DNA of 64,000 nucleotides, from NCBI GenBank assembly GCA_963774955.1, contig CAVZGV010000003.1:469695-533694 (forward strand), read 5' to 3'. Source of the stretch: Candidatus Falkowbacteria bacterium. Lineage in GTDB: Bacteria > Patescibacteriota > Patescibacteriia > CAIXNZ01. Position numbers and translations under genes: made by a program. Of this stretch, positions 9,270 to 20,407 are shown piece after piece (positions within the stretch are counted from its first letter, which is position 1; the number at the start of each line of letters is the position of its first letter). The notes under the pieces were generated by a model, which was not told where the DNA came from, searched no databases, and was given only the letters and a program-made list of their open reading frames with translations.

Positions 9270-10442
9270 ATGCTCAACAGAAAATTTATTATCTTTACTC
9301 TGCTCGTACTTTTAATGCCGTTGCTGACAATTTTATTACCTTTGCCGGTAAATGCTGCGCCTCCAGCGATTACGATTACACCGGTACAATCTGCTGTTAG
9401 TACTAATGTTGATTATTGTTTTGGGTGGGCTTCAAGTGGGTTGGCTAACACTGATACTTTATTTGTTTTATTTCCAACTAATGAAACTGATGCTAATATT
9501 AGATTTGACGTTGAGGCTTTAACCGCTTCTGAAGTGACTTTTTATGTAGGCACTAGTACTTGTTCAGGCGGTACATCACGTGCTACTGAAACAGGATCGA
9601 CCGACGATAACGGACAAGATAAAGTTACTATAGTCAATCGGGCTACCTCATGGATAACAGCCGGAATGTATGTTGGAATTATATTGGATTTAGATAGCCT
9701 TGATGGTACTACAAATCCTTTTATAATTGCTGATAGTACGCCAATTAGTATTGGTTTTGCCAATGTTGCAGGCGATTCAGTATTGACACCGGCTACCGCG
9801 GGTAATTATAAAGTAGTTTTAGAACAAATTGTTGAAGGCACTAATCCAACTGAAGTAGACTGGTTTGATACTCAATTGTTATATATTGGTGACCTTAATA
9901 AAGTAAATATCACTGCAACTTTGGATCCCAGCATTTCGTTAGCGTTAGATACAAATACTTGCAATTTAGGAATTTTAGCAGTTGACGCAATCAAAGCTTG
10001 CGGATACACGGCAACTGTTACGACTAATATTGGTACGGGATATACTGGCTATGTTGAACAAAATCATCCTTTTCAGAGTATTGTTAATGGTGTGACAACC
10101 GCCATCACCGGGCCTGGTAATAGTGTAATTGAGGGGGATGAGGATCCAAACCCGCTTTCAGGAGATTATGGCGAGTATGGCTTTGGTATTCAAACAGATG
10201 ATACAACTTCTATTCCTGAGTTCACAGGTGCTTGCGGTGATTATGATGATGCTGTCACAGATTTACCGGCTACATCTTTGGCAGCTGATAATACCAGATA
10301 CGCATTTGCCTCCTATACTGCCGCAACCAATGGCGTAGATCATGGTGTAACTGCTTTTTGTAACGGTGTAAGAATAAAATACACTACACCTCCAGGACAA
10401 TATGACCAGACATTGACTATTACTATTGTTGGTAACTTCTAA
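9270..10442 (+). CDS. Exported protein with shared C-terminal 'GNF' domain
   Basis: Signal peptide VNA. KVNITATLDP...CNLGIL...CGY...TTPPGQYDQTLTITIVGNF. Confidence 0.75.
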   Translation: MLNRKFIIFTLLVLLMPLLTILLPLPVNAAPPAITITPVQSAVSTNVDYCFGWASSGLANTDTLFVLFPTNETDANIRFDVEALTASEVTFYVGTSTCSGGTSRATETGSTDDNGQDKVTIVNRATSWITAGMYVGIILDLDSLDGTTNPFIIADSTPISIGFANVAGDSVLTPATAGNYKVVLEQIVEGTNPTEVDWFDTQLLYIGDLNKVNITATLDPSISLALDTNTCNLGILAVDAIKACGYTATVTTNIGTGYTGYVEQNHPFQSIVNGVTTAITGPGNSVIEGDEDPNPLSGDYGEYGFGIQTDDTTSIPEFTGACGDYDDAVTDLPATSLAADNTRYAFASYTAATNGVDHGVTAFCNGVRIKYTTPPGQYDQTLTITIVGNF

Positions 10443-10470
10443 ACAAATTTAAAATTGAAGTCTATATATG

Positions 10471-10497
10471 CGCCGGAGGCAAAAATTGTCTCCGGCG
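10471..10497 (+). terminator. GC-rich stem-loop (terminator or mRNA stabiliser)
   Basis: CGCCGGAGGCAA / TTGTCTCCGGCG. Confidence 0.55.
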
Positions 10498-10553
10498 TTG
10501 GTTGATTAAAGAGTGAAATAGCTTGATTAATAACAAAATTAATCTAAATAGTG

Positions 10554-13500
10554 ATGGAAAAATCAGTTAAAAACATACTATTATATTTTAGCCTTGGTGT
10601 ATGTTTTTTGCTGATTTTTTTTGTTATAAAATTTTTGCCGCAAAAATACCTGATTAAAGAGGCTATAGCAGCTGATTCTATTAGTTGCAGTGTTACTCCT
10701 TTTGCGCTTAAACCCGGAGAAGATGTCACTATTTCCGCAATTATTAATTTTACAGCCAGTGATGTCTGGGCCGTGATTGAAAATGAGGCTGGCCTGGCTG
10801 AAAGTCATTATTCTTTAACAGAAGATGATGTCACTCATTATTCAAAAATTTATACAACTTCAGGCTCGGATAATGGTCAATATAATATTAGGATTGTTGG
10901 TGCAGTGGACGGTACCGGGGAAGAAGTGATTTGCAATCCTTCAACCGGTGCTGAATGGATCAGAAAATCATTGAATGAAATTCCCTGGTCCAGACGTGCT
11001 GGTCATGCTATGCAGAGTTTTAACGGTCAGCTCTGGCTTCTAGGCGGTTCTACTCAGGAACCTAATTCAGATGTTTGGAGATCAAAAGACGGATTAAACT
11101 GGCTGAAAGTAACCAGCAGTGCTTCCTGGGGTGAAAGGCGATCAGAATTTAAAACAATTGTTTTTAATAATAAACTCTGGCTGATGGGCGGTTTTAAAAT
11201 TAACAGCGATGCTACCTCCTTGACTTTTCAGCGTGATGTTTGGAATACCTCTGACGGGTATAAATGGGATTTGGTCACTGCCACTGCTGATTGGGCAGGT
11301 CGCAGTATGTTTGGCTTAGCCGGATATAATAATAATTTATGGGTTGCCGGCGGCTGTACTCATGTTAATGCCAGTTTGGTTTGTGATGGCACAGATAATC
11401 AGGTTTGGTTTTCTGCTGATGGCGAAACTTGGACTCAAAAAACAGGAGCTAAGCTTTGGTCAGGCAGAGCCGCACATCAGCTGATCAATTTTGATGACGG
11501 TGCAGTTGGCGGCGAAAAATTATATTTAGTCGGCGGTGTTTCTCTGGGTCCGACAACGTCCTTGGATGATGTTTATTATTCTTCAGACGGCGATACCTGG
11601 ACTTTGGCCACAGAGGAGCCAGACTGGGAACCACGCTATGCTTTTGAATTAAAAAATTATGACAATAAACTTTGGCTTTTGGGCGGGTTAAATAGCGCTA
11701 GCGGACTTCAATTCAATGATATCTGGACAACCTCGAATGGCACTGATTGGACCCAAACTAAAGCAGATGTCACTTTAGGAGGTATCGGTTATCAAGCCAG
11801 TACCTGGACACATTGGGCTCCGCGTCGTAGCATGGCTGTGGCATTATATGATGATGGCAACGGCATCCAATTTTGGTTAAGCGGCGGTAGTAAAGGTTCT
11901 GATGCATTAAACGATGTTTGGAAATCAGCCGATGGTATTGATTGGAATATGGTCAATACTCATTTTAATGCTGAATTTGGCGAGCGTTTTCAACCGGCCA
12001 CAGTTACTTATAATAATCGTTTGTGGTTAATGGGCGGGTTAGTTAAAAGCTTGGGAACTGAAAAAAATATTACCAACGATGTCTGGAGTTCGGCTGACGG
12101 TATTACCTGGCGTTGTGATTTCGGACCTTACAATGCTGATCCTCAGGGTATTCAGTGTGTTCACAGTGTGCCTGGCTGGGTGGCCCGCTGGGATCATCGT
12201 CTAGTGACCTTTGATGAACCTAGTGATGATCCGGACAAAGGAGAACAAATATTTCTAGTTGGAGGATGTTCCGCTAATGCTGGTTTTACCAATTGTCCCA
12301 CAGCCAATGAATTGCGTGACGTTTGGTCTTATAATGCTGTTGATGATGTCTGGGTATGTGAAGCCGGTTCTGCTTTAGGGTGCGAAAATTCAGCCCCAGC
12401 CTGGAATGGACGCTATGGGCCGACTGTTACTGCTTTTAACGATAAAATATATTTGATGGGTGGATATAGAATTACTGCTGCAGTAGGTCAGCAAGTTTGG
12501 TATTCTAGTGACGGTGTAACCTGGACGCAGACTACAAATGCTACCTGGAACGGTCGGATGCAGGCACAATCATTGGTTTTTGAAAATAAATTATGGGTTT
12601 TAGGCGGTTGGAGCGGCGTCCGTGAAAATGATGTTTGGTCTTCAACTGATCCTATAAATGATGGCTGGACCGAAGCTACTGGCAATGCTGCCTGGCCAGG
12701 ACGTTATACTTTTTTAGCTTTAAATTACAATAATCGCATGTGGGTTATTAGTGGCAATGTCGAAGCTGCGTCTATCCCGGCGACTTTGATGCATGATGAT
12801 GTTTGGAGTTCAACTGATGGCATAACTTGGAATGAAGTAACTTCTGATGCTGGTTTTATTGCTCGTGATTTTTTTACAGGTGCAGTTTTTCAAGATAGAA
12901 TATGGCTGACCGGCGGTGATAGCAGGGCAGGTAATTCCAATGAAGTCTGGGCCACACGTTTCGGTGACATGACTTATTACGTGATGCAGCCGCAAGACTG
13001 GCAGGTAAATGTTACAGCCACGGTTGAGCCCGAAATCAGTTTGTCTTTATCAAATAATGCCTGTGCTTTAGGGGTTTTAACTGCGGATGCGATTCAAACT
13101 TGCGGTTATAGCGTAGCAGTCGCCACTAATGCTCAAAGCGGTTATACCGGCTATATCCGTCAAAATCATGGTTTTGAATCCACCATAGGCGTAACTACTC
13201 ATGAAATTCATAGTGAAAATGGCACTCCGTTGCAAATTGAAGCCTCAGGCACCTTAGTCGGTGAAAATGGTGAATATGGAGTCGGTATTTTAACTGCAGA
13301 TACTACGGACTGGCCTGAATTTACTGGTCTCTGCTCAGATTATGATAATCAATCAAGTACTTCATTACCGGCAAAAGCAGTAGATTGGAGCACAGCCGCT
13401 GATCCGGATGCTTATCTGGGTGATAATGTTGATAATGTTTTTGCCACATCATACTGATCCGGTTCAGGGCGTTGATAACGGGCTGACTTATTTTTGCCAT

Positions 13501-13578
13501 GGCGTCAGAATCAAGTGGGACACACCGCCGGGCAATTATTCTCAAACAGTGACTATTTCAGTAGTGGCAAATTTTTAA
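10554..13578 (+). CDS. Large Kelch-like beta-propeller surface protein with shared C-terminal domain (one +1 frameshift near 13452)
   Basis: Repeats of [LI]W[LV]xGG...DVWxSxDGxxW...W.xR. After one extra base, the next frame continues DPVQGVDNG...QTVTISVVANF, matching the downstream paralogue. Confidence 0.8.
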
Positions 13579-16500
13579 AGTCTAAAAGGTAAAATCATGC
13601 TAGCTAAAAAGTTTTCAATCTCCATGATTTTATATCTGACGCTGTTTTGTATAATTGTGGTCAGTTTTTTATTTTCCCATAGATTGCTAAAAGAAGTTTC
13701 AGCTGCCAATACCATGACTTGTTCCTCTACTCCGTATGTAGTAGATCCCGGAGAGGAGGTGACTATTTCAGCAGTGATTAATTTTACACCTGCTGATGTT
13801 TGGGCGGTGATTGAAAATGAGGACGGAGTGGCTGACAGCCATTATTCTCTGGACGAGGATGATGCGACTCATTATTCCAAAGTCTATACCACTTCCGGAA
13901 CGGCTAATGGACGCTATGATATCGGTATTTTTGCCACTGTTGACGGTACAGGCGAGCAGGTCTTTTGCAATCCTTCAACCGGTGCTGCCTGGATAAAAAA
14001 ATCATTGAGCGATATTAATTGGACCGGACGTTTAAGGCATAAGGTTGTAATAAATAACGGTAAACTGTGGATTTTAGGCGGTTTTGACTATGATTATCAG
14101 TCAGATGTCTGGTCATCTGCTGATGGTCAGAAATGGATACAGGTAACCAAGGAAGCTCCCTGGGGAATCCGCCGATCTGATTTTGGCGCTCTGGCTTTGA
14201 ATAATAAAATATTTGTTTTTGGCGGCTATAAACTCAATAGCAATTGGACTGTCGCCACTTTGCAAAATGATGTCTGGAGTTCAGCTGACGGCGCTCATTG
14301 GACCCGAATAAATGCCGGGGCCGATTGGTCAGCCCGTAGTTCGTTTGGTTATACTGTTTATAACAATGAACTTTGGCTGGCCGGCGGTTGTACCAGCCTT
14401 AATCCTTCGACTTTAGGTTGTGCTTCTGCCAGCGATGAGGTTTGGTCCAGCTCTGACGGCATAGACTGGACTTTGGCTACAAATAATCCTGGCTGGAGTG
14501 AACGTTCTTTAAGCAAACTTTTGGTTCATAATGATGGTAACGATGACCGATTGTTTTTAATTGGCGGGGTAGATTATCCCGGCGGTACAGCCAATAATGT
14601 CAAAGATGTTTGGTCTTCAGCTGATGGTGCTGATTGGGCAGAAAAAACTGCGGCTGCTGATTTTGAAGCCAGATACTTATTTGATGCTTTTTCTTATGAT
14701 TTTGGGGATGGTCAGAAAATTTGGCTCATGGGCGGCAGGGAAATGGACGCTGGTATTACTCAGCATAATGATATCTGGTCATCGGTTGACGGCGCTGATT
14801 GGGATCTGGAAAAAGATGATGTGGCCATTCCTGGCATCGGGGTTCAGCCAAGTAAATGGACTCATTGGACACCGCGCCGTTTTTTCCAAACTGTAATTTT
14901 CAATGCCGGTAACGGTCCTAAAGCCTGGCTTTTGGGCGGTTATGATAAAATTGTTAATCGAAATGATATTTGGACAACCACGAACGGTGTGGACTGGACT
15001 TTAACCAATGAATTTGTCGAACCGGAATTTGGCAGCAGGTTTGATACTCCGGTGGCTGTTTATAATAATAAATTATGGCTTGTTGCCGGTTTAGCCAAAG
15101 GCAAAGGATTAGGCAGAGATGTCTGGAGTTCAGCTGACGGCATTTCTTGGACCTGTGAATTTGGCAGCTATACAGCCGGAACAGAAGGTGTTGATTGCAA
15201 TCATGCTACACCCGGGTGGGTAGCTCGTTTTGATGATAAATTGCTGGTCTATGATGACGGTGACAGTGAAAAGCTTTTTATGATTGGCGGCTGTACCTGG
15301 CCCGGTCCAGGTTATGGCTCCTGTCCCAGCGGCTATGGGCTTAAAGATGTCTGGTCTTATGACGATAATGTGCCTGAAATAAATAAAATCTGGATCCAGG
15401 AAACAGCTGCCGCTGCCTGGGATGTTAGAAATTTACCGGCCTTGGCTGTTTATGATAATAAAATGTGGCTAATGGGCGGACTTAAACAAGCAACTACTTT
15501 ATTACAAGATGTTTGGTATTCAAGCGACGGAACGACCTGGACGCAGGCTAGTAATGCGCCTTGGTCTGTAAGAACAGGGCATAGTGCGGTTGTTTATGAT
15601 GATAAGCTTTGGGTCATGGGCGGGCAGACAACCGGTCCAACGCGTTTAAATGATGTTTGGTATAGTACTGATCCCATCAATTCTGGTTGGACCCAAGCGA
15701 CCAGCAGCGCTGCCTGGTCACCCCGGCTTACTTTTGGTTTGCTGAATTTTAATAATCGCATGTGGGTGGTTTCTGGTCAGCAAGACGGTACAACTTTTGC
15801 TGAATATTTGGGCACTCAAGATATTTATTGGTCACAAGACGGTGCGATTTGGAACTTGGCAACTGATACAGCTGATTTTGCCGGCCGTGATTTTTTTTCC
15901 TCAACAGTTTTTCAGGATAGAATCTGGTTGACCGGCGGTGATTCTAATGCCGGCAACAATAATGATGTCTGGGCTAGCCGTTATGCTGATTTGAATTATT
16001 ATGTTATGACGCCTTTGGATTGGAAGGTGAACATTCGAGCTCAGGTAGATCCCACTCTCAGTCTGGTTTTGTCCTCAAATGCCTGTGAACTTGGTGTTTT
16101 AACTGCGGATGCGATTCAAACTTGCGGTTATAGCGTGGCAGTCGCCACTAATGCTCAAAGCGGTTATACCGGTTATATCCGCCAAAATCATGGTTTTGAA
16201 TCAACCATAGGTCTGACTAATCACGAAATTCATAGTGAGAATGGTACTCCATTGCAAATTGAAGCCACCGGCACTTTAGTCGGAGAAAATGGTGAATATG
16301 GCGTCGGTATTTTAACTGCAGATACTACGGACTGGCCTGAATTTACAGGTGATTGCGCAGATTATGATAATCAATCAAGTACTTCATTACCGGCCAAAGC
16401 AGTAGACTGGAGCACAGCCGCTGACCCGGATGCTTATCTGGGTGATAATGTTGATAATGTGTTTGCCACATCCTCTGACCCGGTACAGGGCGTTGATAAC

Positions 16501-16599
16501 GGACTGACTTATTTTTGCCATGGCGTCAGGATCAAATGGGATACGCCACCGGGAAGTTATTCACAGACAGTGACAATTTCAGTCGTCGCCAATTTTTAA
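13074..16599 (+). repeat. Near-identical ~500-bp direct repeat (13074-13578 vs 16096-16599)
   Basis: Long identical runs such as GTTTTAACTGCGGATGCGATTCAAACTTGCGGTTATAGCGT occur in both copies. Confidence 0.9.
13597..16599 (+). CDS. Large Kelch-like beta-propeller surface protein with shared C-terminal domain (paralogue of upstream gene)
   Basis: Same repeat pattern. Ends TPPGSYSQTVTISVVANF. Confidence 0.8.
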   Translation: MLAKKFSISMILYLTLFCIIVVSFLFSHRLLKEVSAANTMTCSSTPYVVDPGEEVTISAVINFTPADVWAVIENEDGVADSHYSLDEDDATHYSKVYTTSGTANGRYDIGIFATVDGTGEQVFCNPSTGAAWIKKSLSDINWTGRLRHKVVINNGKLWILGGFDYDYQSDVWSSADGQKWIQVTKEAPWGIRRSDFGALALNNKIFVFGGYKLNSNWTVATLQNDVWSSADGAHWTRINAGADWSARSSFGYTVYNNELWLAGGCTSLNPSTLGCASASDEVWSSSDGIDWTLATNNPGWSERSLSKLLVHNDGNDDRLFLIGGVDYPGGTANNVKDVWSSADGADWAEKTAAADFEARYLFDAFSYDFGDGQKIWLMGGREMDAGITQHNDIWSSVDGADWDLEKDDVAIPGIGVQPSKWTHWTPRRFFQTVIFNAGNGPKAWLLGGYDKIVNRNDIWTTTNGVDWTLTNEFVEPEFGSRFDTPVAVYNNKLWLVAGLAKGKGLGRDVWSSADGISWTCEFGSYTAGTEGVDCNHATPGWVARFDDKLLVYDDGDSEKLFMIGGCTWPGPGYGSCPSGYGLKDVWSYDDNVPEINKIWIQETAAAAWDVRNLPALAVYDNKMWLMGGLKQATTLLQDVWYSSDGTTWTQASNAPWSVRTGHSAVVYDDKLWVMGGQTTGPTRLNDVWYSTDPINSGWTQATSSAAWSPRLTFGLLNFNNRMWVVSGQQDGTTFAEYLGTQDIYWSQDGAIWNLATDTADFAGRDFFSSTVFQDRIWLTGGDSNAGNNNDVWASRYADLNYYVMTPLDWKVNIRAQVDPTLSLVLSSNACELGVLTADAIQTCGYSVAVATNAQSGYTGYIRQNHGFESTIGLTNHEIHSENGTPLQIEATGTLVGENGEYGVGILTADTTDWPEFTGDCADYDNQSSTSLPAKAVDWSTAADPDAYLGDNVDNVFATSSDPVQGVDNGLTYFCHGVRIKWDTPPGSYSQTVTISVVANF

Positions 16600-16630
16600 A
16601 TTGAGGTAAAAAGTGGTATAATATATATTA

Positions 16631-19600
16631 ATGAAGAAGATCAAAAATAAAGGAAACTTAGTTAAAATTTCACGGTTAGAGCAGGTAAAATTGCAAATAA
16701 GCAGGGTAAATAAGCCGGTGCTAGTTTTTAGTTTTGCTTTGATTTTTGGTGTGATTATAGCTTTTAGCCTGGGGTATGTTTATTCACTATACTACAGTAA
16801 GCTTTTGGCCGGAGAAGGTATTAGAGACACCCTTAGTTATCAGGGGAAAATTGTTAATGCTGACGGCGTACCGCCGCCTGATGGTAATTATAGTATGCAA
16901 TTTAAAATCTATGATGCGCTAAGCGGAGGTAATTTATTATGGACTGAAATTTGGGATAATCAAGTGCATACAGGTCAAAGCACAAACAGTAAAGTTGCAG
17001 TCAGTCAGGGTGTGTTTACTGTTGAATTAAATTCTTTATGTCTAAACTGGGTAGGTGATTGCTCTGCCAACGGCGGTGTAACTTTTCAGCAAGACAGTTT
17101 TTACTTGCAGGTTGAGCTGGATTATGACAATAATGCTACTTTTGAAGAAATTTTTACGCCCAGAAAAAGATTTACAGCCACGCCATATTCTATGAATGCT
17201 GATAAACTTGACGGCCGTGATTCTCTTGATTTTGTCCTCAAGTCTGGGGGAACTATGACCGGTGAATTAATTGTGCCCAAAGTAACTGATAGTTCGCTGA
17301 TTGCCTATTATCAATTCAACGGAACAGCTAATAACAGCAGCTCTTATACTGATTTGGACGGTACTCTTCAAGACGGGGCAAATATCGGCTCAGACAGTCT
17401 ATTATTGGATGGTGACGCAGATTATATCTTGGTTGATGATAATGATTTGTTAAGCTTTGGTAATGGAACTATTGATACGACTTTTACTTTTTCAGCCTGG
17501 GTCAATCTGATTGATCCAACCAATAGTTCAATCATCAGCAAAGGGATTTATAACAACGGCGATGCTGAGTACAATTTTGGTACAGACTCTGACGGTAAGT
17601 TTTTTATTCATATTTTCGATGAAAGTGTAGCTGACTGCTACATTGGTCGTATGTATAGTGCTCAGGCAGTACCTACCGCCAGCTGGATAAACGTGACTGC
17701 AACTTATAGCGGTAGCGGTCTGGCCAGCGGGTTGAAACTTTATTTAAACGGGGAACTGGTAGATGACGCTGATAGTTCCGGAACCTGTTCGTATGTAGCC
17801 ATGGAAAGTTTAGCCGCTGATTTATTTTTAGGCCGTTATAATACTGAATATGCCAATGGTAAACTGGATGATATCAGTATCTTTAACCGTACCTTAACAG
17901 CAGATGAAGTCAGGTCTTTGTTCAGTACTTCCAAACAAAGATATCTTGATGTTGAAGAGATTACTACTTTATATTTGTATCTCAATGCCATAAACCCGAA
18001 TACTGAAGTATTTGACAGCGGCTACCTGTATTTTGATCCGGTTTTCAATCGGATTATGCTGAGTTCCTCGGCTTTTATACCAGATTTTATGCCCTATAAA
18101 GATAATTTTGGCAACGATCGTGACTATACTCATTTTATTGATGAAAACAAAATTTTGGCCTATGATTTTTCTGATCCAATAAACGGCGTAATTGATCTAG
18201 AAGGGAATGCGAATGGTACTGTCGGCGGTGATGCCAATTTTGCCAACAATGGTTTTATCGGTTATGGACTAGTGATGGATAATAATAATGATTATATTTC
18301 TTTCAGTGATCCTGGAATTTCCACAGCTGCGGGTACTTTTGAAATGTGGGCCAGATTAAATAATATTGCCACCTCAGAAACTGATTATCTGGCTTATTTC
18401 AGGGAATCAGGCGGAACTCAACTGGAAATTGCCAAAGAGGGAACTTCTGATTTATACACAAAAATAGGCGATTCAACTTTAATTGATACCACTTTTGATA
18501 TCCCGGATACCAATTGGCATCACTATGCTCTAACCTGGACCGGCGGTAGCTATTTTGTTTATGTGGATGGGGTTTTAGTATACGAAGGTTATTATAGTAC
18601 ATTTACGACGCCAACCACCTTTTTACTGGGCTATGGCAATACATCTGATACATCATTGAATGGAGCAATGGATAGTGTGGCTCTTTATGATGAAGTTATT
18701 ACTGATGGTGAAATTGTAAATCATGCGCAGTCATCTTTTAATACTTTGTATGTGAATGATCAGCTGAGAGCCGGCGTAGTCTCATCCAGCTTAGAAAATC
18801 TCTTGGCATTACCGGCAAATATAAATGAAAAAAATAGTAATGATCCGGTTTATTTACAGTATACCGGTAACAAACAGTTTTCTTTCAGTTTTAGCGAAGG
18901 TAAGGGACTAAATACATATAGCTATGATAATGATTATATATATGCGGCCTTAAACGGCGCGACCTGGAATAAAGGCGGTATGTTTGGTCATGGAATGAGT
19001 TTTGATGGTATTAATGATTATCTTGAAGCCAATGATGATTATAATTTAAATCCCAATACTGATGATTTTGCTATTGAATTTTGGATAAATGGAGCTGCTA
19101 CGGGTAATAATGGTAAAACTGTTCTTTCAAAACGCAGTGGCGATACAGGTTATGAAATTTATTTTGACGCCAGTTCTAATAATTTGCAATTTTTTATCGG
19201 TGATAATGAGTCGACCCCAAACACTGTTACTTCAACTGTGTCAGGCCACAACTTTTCTGACGGCAAGTGGCATCATTTTTTAGTGAGTTTTGAACGTGGC
19301 GGGTATGCTGCTATTTATAGTGACGGCGATATTTTTAATATTGGCGCTGTCGATATTTCTTCACTTACCGGCAGTATTACCAATAACGCCAATTTATTGA
19401 TAGGTAAAAATGCCAGCGGTAATTATTTCAATGGTAAATTAGATAGCATTGTTATGTATAATTTGTCAGGTCAGGATCAGTTTAATCTTTATGATGCTTT
19501 TGCCCACTCTTACACATCTACGGATTTTTTATTTGTTGACGGTAAAAATACTCCAGCGGGTATCGGCACCTTATCATTATTAAATCAGTCTCAAAACGGA

Positions 19601-20143
19601 CATGGCGCGGTTATCGGCATGAGAAGCAGTAATAATACGTCTAATTATCCTTTGGCTTTATGGAATGATAATGCTGATAGTGATATTTATAACCTAATAT
19701 ATTTTGGCAGCACAACCTTGGGCGGCGGCGGGGCTTCGGTTGAATATGGAAATTTAAAATGGGATAGCGGTAATAGCAAGTTTATGTTGAGTCAAAGTTT
19801 GGATGTTACAGGAGATTTAGCTGTCAATTCAGTTAGCACTGATGGTAATGAAAAGTTAGTCCATGATGTTATCAGACATACAGTCACTTCCGGAGAGGCA
19901 ACAGCCAATACCTTTACTGAATCATCCTGGGGCAAGGCAACTCAGGATAAAATCGTATCTCTTTCGGCGCTTACGTTGGATCTGAGTGCTGATCCTGATT
20001 TGGTAATTGCCAATGACTGGTCAGTTAATTTAATGGATTGCAATGTGGTTTATGACGGCACTGATATTACTGTGACTGAACAAAATGGTGCTACCTGGGC
20101 AGAAAATGATATTGTCACTATTTATATTGTCTATGAAAAATAA
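16631..20143 (+). CDS. Large surface protein with three LamG/concanavalin-A-like domains
   Basis: N-terminal TM. LSYQGKIVNADG...FKIYDALSGG module. Three LamG units (FTFSAWVN...GKLDDISIFNRTLTADEV; FEMWARL...WHHYALTW; FAIEFWI...WHHFLVSF). Confidence 0.8.
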   Translation: MKKIKNKGNLVKISRLEQVKLQISRVNKPVLVFSFALIFGVIIAFSLGYVYSLYYSKLLAGEGIRDTLSYQGKIVNADGVPPPDGNYSMQFKIYDALSGGNLLWTEIWDNQVHTGQSTNSKVAVSQGVFTVELNSLCLNWVGDCSANGGVTFQQDSFYLQVELDYDNNATFEEIFTPRKRFTATPYSMNADKLDGRDSLDFVLKSGGTMTGELIVPKVTDSSLIAYYQFNGTANNSSSYTDLDGTLQDGANIGSDSLLLDGDADYILVDDNDLLSFGNGTIDTTFTFSAWVNLIDPTNSSIISKGIYNNGDAEYNFGTDSDGKFFIHIFDESVADCYIGRMYSAQAVPTASWINVTATYSGSGLASGLKLYLNGELVDDADSSGTCSYVAMESLAADLFLGRYNTEYANGKLDDISIFNRTLTADEVRSLFSTSKQRYLDVEEITTLYLYLNAINPNTEVFDSGYLYFDPVFNRIMLSSSAFIPDFMPYKDNFGNDRDYTHFIDENKILAYDFSDPINGVIDLEGNANGTVGGDANFANNGFIGYGLVMDNNNDYISFSDPGISTAAGTFEMWARLNNIATSETDYLAYFRESGGTQLEIAKEGTSDLYTKIGDSTLIDTTFDIPDTNWHHYALTWTGGSYFVYVDGVLVYEGYYSTFTTPTTFLLGYGNTSDTSLNGAMDSVALYDEVITDGEIVNHAQSSFNTLYVNDQLRAGVVSSSLENLLALPANINEKNSNDPVYLQYTGNKQFSFSFSEGKGLNTYSYDNDYIYAALNGATWNKGGMFGHGMSFDGINDYLEANDDYNLNPNTDDFAIEFWINGAATGNNGKTVLSKRSGDTGYEIYFDASSNNLQFFIGDNESTPNTVTSTVSGHNFSDGKWHHFLVSFERGGYAAIYSDGDIFNIGAVDISSLTGSITNNANLLIGKNASGNYFNGKLDSIVMYNLSGQDQFNLYDAFAHSYTSTDFLFVDGKNTPAGIGTLSLLNQSQNGHGAVIGMRSSNNTSNYPLALWNDNADSDIYNLIYFGSTTLGGGGASVEYGNLKWDSGNSKFMLSQSLDVTGDLAVNSVSTDGNEKLVHDVIRHTVTSGEATANTFTESSWGKATQDKIVSLSALTLDLSADPDLVIANDWSVNLMDCNVVYDGTDITVTEQNGATWAENDIVTIYIVYEK

Positions 20144-20153
20144 TTATTAATTT

Positions 20154-20390
20154 ATGTTTAAAAAAGAACAGTCAAAGAAAATAAGCTGGCTGCAATTGGT
20201 AATTGTTTTTATTTTAGGCATTTTAATCGCCTCTAATGGCTTTTTATTACGGAATAATCTGGCCCTGAAGCAAGAAGTTGCGAGACTTAAAGCTGATGAT
20301 TTGGCCCTTGCTCAGGTGATTAATAATATTTTGAGCCAGATTAAGCCGGTTCAAAATTTACCGGCTCAGCCTGTGACCCCGCAAAAATAA
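20154..20390 (+). CDS. Small membrane protein with coiled coil
   Basis: One TM followed by a heptad-like segment; tightly spaced in the operon. Confidence 0.6.
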   Translation: MFKKEQSKKISWLQLVIVFILGILIASNGFLLRNNLALKQEVARLKADDLALAQVINNILSQIKPVQNLPAQPVTPQK

Positions 20391-20407
20391 CCGTAAACGA
20401 AACAATA

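Noticed and set aside
7349-16599. Diversity-generating retroelement (Avd-like gene plus repeated 3' gene ends as TR/VR)
   Set aside because: No reverse transcriptase in the window. Both repeat copies are coding, and their differences are mostly synonymous and not adenine-specific.
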